Shown here piece after piece: positions 36,169 to 48,406 of a stretch of DNA of 64,000 bases. Every line of letters begins with the position of its first letter. Position 1 is the first letter of the stretch. Where the stretch lies: NCBI RefSeq assembly GCF_009914755.1, contig NC_060946.1; one strand, given 5' to 3'. The notes under the pieces are model-generated. The model made no database searches. It was not told the DNA's origin and saw only the letters and a program-made list of their open reading frames with translations. The translations under genes were made by a program, and so were the position numbers. The DNA comes from the human T2T-CHM13v2.0 reference genome, Homo sapiens.

Positions 36169-36174
36169 TTTATT
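36169..36174 (-). terminator. Proximal AATAAA poly(A) signal in the EIF4ENIF1 3'UTR
   Basis: tttatt on +, about 310 nt after the stop codon. Confidence 0.5.
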
Positions 36175-36481
36175 TCCTCAGAACCCTTAGGTGCCACCTC
36201 TTGGTGAGGACACCAACACTTCATTCACATATCTTACAAAAAAGAAAGACCATTTCCAGGATTGACAACATTGTGCATCCTGTATTCAGACAATGTACAC
36301 TCCACTCGACTGGTTAAGATCCTTCCATCATAATGCGGACCACACCAGATGCATGGGTTCCACCAAACAGCTTCACACAGAGTGCTCCAAAGTAAAAGCC
36401 CATAAACCAACCCGAGATGAAGCAGGGTCCTGCCCAGTGTGCCACCACAGGTCCGGGCTTAGTTGAGTCTGCCTGCCCTGC

Positions 36482-36723
36482 TCACTGTCGGTATTCCAAT
36501 TCATCTACACTGATAACTTTGGCGGGCATGGAGGGCAGGGGTTGCTGTAGCACATCTGAGCCAAACCATTTGGCAAGGCCCACAGGGGAGCTGCTCCTCT
36601 GGCTGGGGCGATGCTCCAGCTGGGAGTGCATGTGGGGCAGGCCTGACCGGCTGGGCACGTTCTGAGGGGTTGTCTGAACGCTGACAGCTGCTGCATGGGA
36701 ACCAGAGCCTGGAGGATGCAGAA
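36482..36723 (-). CDS. EIF4ENIF1: EIF4ENIF1 last coding exon 19: VLHPPGS...GLAKWFGSD...VISVDELEYRQ*
   Basis: ccacag acceptor; TGA at 36484-36482; exon sizes fit a 985-aa 4E-T. Confidence 0.97.
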
Positions 36724-37305
36724 CTGTGGAGATAAGAAGGGTTATCATTCACAGCATGAGAAGGAAAGTTTATTAGACCCTGCTTCATTCAAACCCTATC
36801 CAAAGAAAAGTCTTTACTAGAGGATTTTTTCTAGGGCTTCTTTAGAAACTCCTTTGCAAAATACCAACAATGCCAGAAAACAGTACCATGGAAAGCTGAG
36901 CTATTCAGAAGCTACCAGTATTGAAAACCCACCCTGGATGACATGACCGCTACTTCTCATGGCTAAGTAACCACATCACAGAAGCAGCAACATTAACTGG
37001 TGAGGGGGTATATACCCTGGGCAGGCCGGATGCTGAACCTCTGTTGGATTCTCAGCCCTCTCTCCTAACAGGCAAAGGAAAAAGCCAGAAAACACTTGGC
37101 TTTTCCCACTGACTTTGCAGGAACAGTAATCCCAAATTGCATAGAGGTCAATTTACTTCATCTTATTATCTGGTTACACTTTGTCCCAAACTTAGAACAA
37201 GTTAAAGAATGAAAGTGTTAATTCATCTCCACTGGAAACTAGTCCTCAAAGCTTCAAGACTCCCTAAGTCCGTCCCAAACTCACCTGTCACATTCCTGAA
37301 CCTAC

Positions 37306-38182
<877 letters not shown>

Positions 38183-38376
38183 TCAAGCTAGGTTCCTAAT
38201 CTTTTAAAGGACTAGGGGATTGACTGGATTGGGCCCACTGCCTGCCAGTTAGATGGGAGAATCTAGTAACATCTTTCTAGGGATGGAAATCTCCCACATT
38301 ATAGCACTTCATCAGTGCCAACAATTGTCCCCTAGGCCCACAAACTGACGACACCCAAGTCAGGCTGGAAACTCAC

Positions 38377-38721
38377 CAGTTTGGAGCAAACTTGGAAGAT
38401 GCTGTGGATGTACTCCCTGGGCCAGCATCCTCTGTACCAACCCTGGGTGAAGCTGGTGAGCAGGCCTAACCATAGGGACATGGGGGACAAGGGGAACTTG
38501 GTGGACAGGGCGGAGAAAAGGTGTTGTAGGAACTGGGGATGCCAAGGTGGGTGTTTTTCTCCCAGTTGCTTTAGGTCGATAATCTTGTTCTTTGGTGTAA
38601 CGGTTGGCCTGGGACAGTGGGGTGGAACACGAAGACCTCTGTAATGCTGACAGTTTGGAATTTGTAGTGGGAGAAGAGTCTCGATCGGCACTGGGTACAG
38701 AGCTGGATGACAGGAGGTTTT
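38377..38721 (-). CDS. EIF4ENIF1: EIF4ENIF1 exon 17 (345 nt): ENLLSSSSVPS...GVHPQHLPSLLQT
   Basis: tcacag acceptor and CTG|gtgagt donor. Confidence 0.96.
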
Positions 38722-39564
38722 CTGTGAGGAACCAAACAAAAAATATTTTGGCAAACCTCTCCCAAACACTTGTGGCCTCCCACTGGTCTAATAAATCTCA
38801 TTTCTTAAGGTCACAATTCTTATCTGATACCCTTAACAAGTTTAGAGGACTACACGGTAGGAACCATCGTTTGCTTCATAAACAGGACCAGAAGATGAAT
38901 TGTTGGGCACCCTTCTCTGCACAAATGGCTGTGGCCTAGATTATGCAAATCTATCACAACAGAAAATCTAAATGGCAATTAGAGTCTGGTCAAAGAACCC
39001 AAACTGTCTTAATAGTACCAACAGGATTTCCTCCCCACCACCCACCCCAAGCCTTCTCAAACACAGGCAAAAATCTCTCAGATCTGTACTTTTAACACCT
39101 CTGTAAACCCTAATTTGGAATCCGCATGTTACCACGTCCTTCACAATCCCTACTGTGCAACTCCTAAAAGCCTCTCACATATTTTCTATGTTGGACACTT
39201 AAGTCTCCACAGGCTGGACATAATCTTTCAGAAGTAAAACTCGCTGAATTATATTAATTTGCCAAATAAGTATACTAATTATTAACTTTGAAGCCTAACT
39301 AAGGATTCTAAACTAACACTCATTCTACCCGTCTGGTAGTAGCACTCTTAGATTGGTCAAATTTCAAGCAACCAAGCAATTGTGAGCTGGCCCAATTCTT
39401 CTCACTGTCACACAGAACCTTCTCACTGACACAGAACCATAGTCCAGAGAAGCTAGTGGTCTTGCCCAGGGCTTTGTATAGAATATCAGGCTGGTCAGCG
39501 CTCAGGCCCATGTTTTCTCCATCACATACTTTCTTGAGCAGTGCCCTTAACAGCTCTGCAGTAC

Positions 39565-39697
39565 CTTCACTGGCCTTCTGAGTATCCTCTTTACTGTCAC
39601 CAAGAGCTGCTTTTCCAGATGCTGGCTCCTCCTTGCTTTTCTCTTTGCTCTCGTACATCTTACGAATCACTGAGGTAGGGGTAAAGGAAGGAGAAAG
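39565..39697 (-). CDS. EIF4ENIF1: EIF4ENIF1 exon 16 (133 nt): LSPSFTPTSVIRKMYES...QKASE
   Basis: ctgcag acceptor and AAG|gtactg donor. Confidence 0.96.
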
Positions 39698-41218
39698 CTG
39701 CAGAGAAAAACAATTGGCATTAGCACATTCTCTAAGTGCCGTTCTCTAATACTAAGCCAGGATTAACTTGTCAAGATACTCAACAAAGAGTCCCCACATT
39801 GGTAGCATAGGCCAACTGTAGTATTCTGTTCTGTAGCTGCTGGAGGAAAAACAGAATGGGGCAAATAGGCAGTGTCCCAAGTACATTATCCCTTGCTTAC
39901 AACTGTGTGATAATGGGGACATGCCTATGCAGCCTCTGCGTCACAGATTTCCCAGCCTGGGATTAGGCTGGCAAGAGAAAGAACATGGCCAGAAATATAA
40001 CTTGGAGCAACAGACCTTCCTTCTGCGAAAGGACATTTCAAAGATAACATCAAAACCAGAATTACTCCATACTCCTAATATTTCCCTTAACTTGGCTACC
40101 AGAAAAGTCAAATTTATCTCAATAGTCTCCTCAGCCATCAGGATTAATCATTTGGAGTCATTTCTTACCTCTTCACTATTTCTACCTTGGTGATTTTATT
40201 ATGCATTTGCCTTTTCTCACCAAACAACCCCACATCTTTGATGGCAGGAGACAGGGCTTGACTTATAAACAAAAAAGTTCTTTCCAAACCCTGCTGCCTT
40301 CAAGGTCACCGGTGCAAAGACCCACGTGGGGTTCTGAAGCACGCAGCAAAGTTATTTTTTTTTTTCCTTCTTCTCTATCGGCTTTGATTAGATGATAAAG
40401 ATTTGTGGGGAATGAACCTTTTTTTTTTTTTTTTTTTGAGACGGGGACTCACTAGGGAGGGCAGTGGCACGATCTTGGCTCACTGCAACCTCTGCCTCCT
40501 GGACTCAAGTGATCCTCCCACCTCGGCCTCCCGAGTATAGCTGGGACCACAGATGTGCACCACCATGCCCGACTAATTTTTTGTATTAGGGGTAGAGACA
40601 GGGTCTCACTAGGTTGCCCAGTCTGGTCTTGAACTCCTGAACTCAAACAATCTACCTACCTCGGCCTCTGAAAGTCCTGGGATTACAGGCGTGAGCCACC
40701 ACGCCCAGCTGGAATGAAACATTTTTTAAAGTAATGATAGTTATAAAACTAGACTTCTCACTGCATATAAGCAAACCCTTCTGTTCCAGCCTTAGTTTAT
40801 ATCACTGAGACCTGAAGTGGTGAATCCGAATTTGTGAACTCCCCTGCAAGTTTCAATAGACTCCCCACTGTCTGACCCAGTCACCTCTGTCCACTTCACC
40901 TCCTGTCTCTCACTATCGTCCTCCTGTCTCCCCACACCTGGTTCATTTCTTTGAACATACTATATCACCTCGTGTGCCCTGGCCCATGATCATCTCTGCT
41001 GGAACATATTTTCCCCAATATAGGGGCTTCATTAAAATCCTAAGACTTAGACTGTGTCCTAAAAGGGAAAGACCTAATAGACAGTTATGAAAAACTACTA
41101 GGTCAGTTATTTCCGTGGAAGGAACTCAAGGACATTTAGGGCACACAGTGGTACAATCCATGCACAACCAAACAGGGAGAAGCCTTAAAGTCCTTCACAG
41201 TTACTAAAGGTCACTGAC

Positions 41219-41303
41219 CATGCTTGTGATGGAGGCAGCAGGGGCAGGGGAAGAGGAATTCCCTCGATGCACGGGTGCTGGTGACTTGGTCACTCGCTGT
41301 TGC
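41219..41303 (-). CDS. EIF4ENIF1: EIF4ENIF1 exon 15 (85 nt): RQQRVTKSPAPVHRGNSSSPAPAASITSM
   Basis: tcacag acceptor and ATG|gtcagt donor. Confidence 0.96.
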
Positions 41304-42786
41304 CTGTGAACAAACCAATTATCAGCATGAACCCCAATCTGCTTAACTTCAAGTCTTAAAACCATATAATACTCAAGACCAGCCTAGAAGTTTTAACATC
41401 CCCTTTCCCTTATCCAATTCAATTTCCCAAGCATTTAGGCCTAACATACACAAAAGCACATGCTAAGCTCTGAGGGAAGACAAAAGGAAAATGAAACACA
41501 GTCCCAGTCTTGTAAGAGCTCTCAGTCTAGCGGGGGAGACAATCACCTAGAGCAAACCAAGGCATGTAGATATTAGGCACCAACAAAGTACAATGGGAAA
41601 ATGGAGGGGTTAGAAGAAATAACAAGGCACTGCAGGGATGCTTCCTGGGGAAGAAGCTGCATTCCATTGGGTGCGATCAAGAAGAAGCTAGAGAACAACA
41701 GTTCAGGTAGACAGAATGGGTACAGGAACTTGGGAGTTGTAGGGTTATCCAGAGCTGGTGTATAGTTTACTGCAGACTACACCAGTGAGGTGCGCTAGGG
41801 AGGGCCTTCATTCTTGGGCTGCCTGTGCTTCACTGGGCAGGGAGCGGCAATAATTAGCACAGTGCCTGGCACAGAACTGATGCTGTGTGTGACACTCGTT
41901 CAAATCAAATACAGAATCAAGAGTTTCAGCTATTTTAGGACCACTCTTGGTCTACACAAGATTGACCTCAGGCCTCAAAGGTCAAGGCCCAAGTATAGTC
42001 ACTGACCTGAAGTTCTCTGAATCACAGATAGATGGAAAACCTAAATTCATGGCTTCTTTCTAGTTAGTACCCCATTGCTGCCATGCTGTGACTGTGTGTA
42101 TGACAACATGGGCAGACAGATCAGTACTATTCTGAGTGACTAAAAAATGAACCCCAAACTTGAGGGTCCCACATGACCTATCATTCCTTCTGGTAAACAT
42201 ATTTGAGCACCTGCTACAGACACTGTTCCAGGTTCTTGGAATACAGCAGTGAATAAAAGAAAAATAATCTCTGGCCTCATGGAGGTTACATTCTTGGGGC
42301 TGCAGGATGGAGTGGGGTTACTACAGGCAGGGAGACAAACAATAAATAATATGCTAGACAGTGATGAATACAATTTAAAAAAGCAAGGTAAGGGGAAAGG
42401 CATGTTTGTTGGAGGGACACAACTGTACACAGGGAGGACCTAAGAGGCTGATGCTGATCCAAAACATGAAGGCTAGACTGAAATGACTCAAATATGCTTG
42501 CTAGTTTTGAGTAAGCCATGTTTTAAAAACCTGTTTTCTGTATCTGTAAAATGCAGTTACGTACCGCCCCCCCCCCCCCCCATCTACCTCACAGGGTTGA
42601 TATGAAGATCATATAAAATTCTGGGCCAGGTGCGGTGGCTCATGCCTGTAATCCCAGCACTTTGGGGACCGAAGCAGGTGAATCACTTGAGGCCAGGAAT
42701 TCAAGTCTGGCCAACATAGCGAAACCCCATCTCTACTAAAAATACAAAAAACTAGCCGGGTGTGGTGGCACACTCCTGTAATCCTA

Positions 42787-42885
<99 letters not shown>

Positions 42886-44050
42886 TCAAGAGATTGTCTC
42901 CAAAAAAAAAAAAAAAAAAAAAAAGTTAAAAGTACTGTGAAAGTCACAAATCACATCAATGAATACTAGGTAACTGCATTATGCTATAGACAGAAAGCAC
43001 GTGAGAGGGGTTCAGCAGACCAGTCTGGAGCTCTCTGTTTCGGTGGAAGGGTGCTATAAATAGGATGTGCTTGTGTAAGGCTATCTCCTGGTCTCAGTAT
43101 CTTCTGAAAGGGTTAACAGGTAAAACCAGCTGAAGCAAAACACTGAGGCACTGTGGTAGTAACTTTAAGAATCACATCAAAACATTAAGTACCGAGTATT
43201 TTAAAGGTAGACTAAACTATAGTGTTCAGGGATGTGCATTTTGGTGATAAATTATTTTTAATTAAGGTAGTGATTACTTTTAAAGGCTGGACAGTGGAGA
43301 GTTCTGAGGAGGAAAAGGGGTATTACTGGCACAGGGCACATGGAGGCCCTCTGAGTAGTTAACAAGGAAGTTTGCCTTATAATAAGCTACACATTTGTTT
43401 TATATAGTTTTGTCTGTTTTATTTTACAATAAAATAATATTGCCACTCCTTTCCCTTTTCTCCCTAACTTATGATTAATTTCATTTTACCATTTGTTGCA
43501 ACTATCGAAAAAGAGAAGAGTGAACTCAGTACTCTACTTGTTAACAGCTCTGATCAACAAACCTGTCAGCTCTGGCCAAAAAACTGCTGATGTAGCAAAC
43601 CTGCATCAAGGGAGTTTGATAAGAACATTGAATCTGTGGGGAAAGGAATAAGGAGCTATGCTAGTTTCATTTGTAAAAATGAATGGTTTAACTGGTAGAA
43701 ACATCCTAAGATTTTAAAATATATTTACTCATAACAATCTTGTGAGGTAAATTAGGCGAGCAGCATCCCTTCCATATGGCTAATTAGCAAACTCAAGGAA
43801 AAAAAGTAATTTATAAATCAAGAACGGAAATAAAACCATATAGAATGAAAGCCCTATGCCTTGCAGTAGAATTTAATCATATTTCCGCTATTAAATCTAT
43901 TTCTTCTATTGATTTGGATTGGGATGGAATTTCTACCACATACTGAACATACCACAGTATGTACAACAGAATTATACTGCAGATAAGTAATTTATTAGTT
44001 TCAGGAAAACTTATCCGTAAATCTCCACATGAGCAGGATTAGTAATTTAC

Positions 44051-44190
44051 CTGTTTCTGAATCCATCTCTGGTTCTGTCCACCTGTGGTTTGCCAAAACC
44101 AGGCTGGTAGAAGTTTGCTGCCTGTACAGCAAGGTCATGTGGCAAGGCCAGCCCTTCTAAAGCTGCCTGTTGCAACTCCAGCTGGCTCAT
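44051..44190 (-). CDS. EIF4ENIF1: EIF4ENIF1 exon 14 (140 nt, or 143 nt from the upstream CAG): MSQLELQQAALEGLALP...DGFRN
   Basis: ttttcagcag NAGNAG acceptor and CAG|gtaaat donor. Confidence 0.96.
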
Positions 44191-44435
44191 CTGCTGAAAA
44201 GGAGAGGGGAGGGTCAGGAGAAGAGTAAGGACACCACACTTTCTACAAAGGTTTCTCTTCACTCTTAGAAAGGTATGTTAAGCAGAAGCTGAAAAAAATT
44301 AGATACTGCGAAACTGACTAGATTGTGCTGCCATCGCAGTGAACAAGATTAACAATTTAAGTATTACTTGAATTATTCAGCAAATTGTCTAACCTTCACT
44401 GAGCTTGAAATATAGATCAAAACCATTTCTTTTAG

Positions 44436-44686
<251 letters not shown>

Positions 44687-44777
44687 TAAGAATCACAACA
44701 GTTCAGCTCTCCACTCCCCATGCACCAAGAGGGTGAAGGGCAAGCAAGAGATTGAGTTTGAGAAAGCTCAGCCTGAC

Positions 44778-44857
44778 CTGGGCTGTGATGGGGCTCATGG
44801 GTTTGCGCATGCCTTGGAATGGATCTCCGAGTAGCTGCTGTGGTCCTGGTGTGAAAC
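44778..44857 (-). CDS. EIF4ENIF1: EIF4ENIF1 exon 13 (80 nt): GFTPGPQQLLGDPFQGMRKPMSPITAQ
   Basis: cgacag acceptor and CAG|gtcagg donor. Confidence 0.96.
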
Positions 44858-45569
44858 CTGTCGGGAAAGTTAGTCTCAGTGAGTACCAAGATGGTATGTG
44901 TGCATCAGAGAGGCATTTTCATTAATGCATGCCATTTCTTGCTGAACGCCATCTCTTGGAAAGCACTGATTTATTGGGCTGACAGATGTCCCTCTCCCTC
45001 TGTGCCCCAACAGTGGGCTATGTGGACCTCAACCAGAGCACTGTCCAAATTGCTTCTCAACTAAGCCATCAGCATTGCTCCTTTTAAAGCCAAGACCTCT
45101 CTCTGGGAGAGAAGAGCTTTCCTAGCCAGCAGTTTGTCCCGTTATCACTAAGCCAGCTGGTATTAAAATAGACACCATTGCTCTGAGAATACACATTCTC
45201 TCCATTGTTTGACTGTGGACAGAAGATTTCAAAAAATGCCTCTCAAGGTTTGTTTGGCAGGAGCCAGAGTGGCCAGCAGCCTAAAGTGGCCTAGGATAGC
45301 AGGAACACTACGACATTCCATGTAAATACTTTGCTAAGACACTTTCTGGAACTTTTCTTTCAGTCACATTCTGAATTAGCCATAAGACTTAACAGCAGAT
45401 TGTCTATCAAAACTCAATAGCTTCATAGATAACCACTACACTGACTTCTACTATATCAAAGAAAAACTTAAGAAGCCAAATTAACTTTTTTTGGATTGAA
45501 TTCCCAAAATAAGGAATAAGACTAAAGAGCTAGATCAAAGTTAGATTTCAATAAAAAAAAAATCTATAA

Positions 45570-45935
<366 letters not shown>

Positions 45936-45972
45936 TAAATTCATATTTCTTTTGACAAATAAGTATATTTAC

Positions 45973-46156
45973 CAATTGGTGATGGTATTCTTGGGCGAAG
46001 GTAGTCAGCTGAGGCTGCTCGAGTTTGAAACACCTGTGACAAGGGAGGAGAGGGTGCTCTTTGGCCCAGTAAAGATGTTGTAGGCTCCAAGCTCCCCATA
46101 AGGCCACTCAGAAGATTGGAAGAAGCAGGTCTCTGAACTGGTTGACCCAGAAGTTC
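45973..46156 (-). CDS. EIF4ENIF1: EIF4ENIF1 exon 12 (184 nt): ELLGQPVQRP...LRPRIPSPI
   Basis: ctttag acceptor and TTG|gtaaat donor. Confidence 0.96.
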
Positions 46157-46913
46157 CTAAAGGCAGAAAAGCCAAATCCCTGTGAACTTAGTTATTCCTT
46201 CTACTCAGAGGCTGTGAATTATGGATTAACTTTTGAGAGCCACAAGATGGATCTCCCTCATGCTCAACTGAAGGACTTGGCATGTGTACATGCAACACAT
46301 TTATCTGAATGTTCAGCTAGCAACATATGCTCTAAGTTAGTGCTATAAATAGAGGTTCCTTTTTTTTTTTTTTGAGACAGAGTCTCACTCTATCACCCAG
46401 GCTGGAGTGCAGTGACATGATCTCGGCTCACCACAACCTCTGCCTACCGGGTTCAAGCGATTCTCACGCCTCAGCCTCCTAAGGAGTTGGGATTACAGGC
46501 ATGTGCCACCACACCAGGCCAATTTTTGTATTTTTAGTAGAGTCAAGGTTTCACCATGTTGGCCAGGCTGGTCTCAAACTCCTGACCTCAGGTGATCCAC
46601 CCACCTCAGCCTCCCAAAGTGCTGAGATTACAGGTGTGAGCCACCGTGCCTGGCTAGATACTTTTAAGTTTCACAGAAACTGCAAAGGAAACTAGAAGTC
46701 AAGGCTTACTTTGTCAACTTTTTTAGCCATCCCCTATCCCCTGCCCATTGAGATTAAAAGCAACACCAAACTATGTCAGGCAACAATATCACCTCTCTGA
46801 TTGCCAGGCAACACAGATCATTTTCTAAGGCCCAAAGTTGGACCACTAAGCAAAACTGGTTCAGAAGACTACTGTTCAAGACTCCAAGGCCTCAGTATAA
46901 GATTGTGAAGTAC

Positions 46914-46985
46914 CTGCAGGATGTTCTTAGGGACAGGCTGGCCTGGAATCTCAGCAGGGGACATCAAATGGCTTTCAAGGTTTCG
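46914..46985 (-). CDS. EIF4ENIF1: EIF4ENIF1 exon 11 (72 nt, symmetric phase 0): RNLESHLMSPAEIPGQPVPKNILQ
   Basis: ttttag acceptor and CAG|gtactt donor; matches the 4E-T sequence. Confidence 0.95.
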
Positions 46986-47344
46986 CTAAAAGAGTCAAAA
47001 GAAAACTGGTTTTAACTTTCTTAACTCACTTAACTTACAGATTGATTGGGGACCACAAGAAAGCATAAAATACTCCTAGGGAGTTAATAGCAGAATGATA
47101 CTCAAGTCACAGAAAACTTAGACCAACGTGTTCCGCTCTCATCACACAGGTCTCAAAGATCTGGGGATGGAAAGACCGTTCACATGTACATGCAAAGTCC
47201 CCTCAGAGATCCTCACTATGCTAATCCTAAGTCCATTTCCCTGTTTCTAACACTGTGACCAAAAGGGGGAAAAATGGTGAAACCGGGGAACACTTACTTG
47301 AGATAACTCTTGCTACCCATTACCTTTAACAAGATTTATTGGAG

Positions 47345-47465
47345 ACACACACACACACACACACTCATATATACACACATACATATATACATACATATAT
47401 ACACACACATATACACATATACATACACATACATATACACACATACATACACACATATATATATA

Positions 47466-47510
<45 letters not shown>
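47345..47510. repeat. Compound (CA)n/(TA)n microsatellite ending in pure (CA)21; reads (UG)n on the EIF4ENIF1 pre-mRNA
   Basis: Directly visible; pure CA run at 47469-47510 abuts the tail end of an Alu. Confidence 0.97.

Positions 47511-48406
<896 letters not shown>

Noticed and set aside
47298-47318. ggtag...gagttatctcaa resemblance to the Y1 RNA 5' region on the - strand
   Set aside because: Only ~12 nt match and the flanks do not extend; treated as chance
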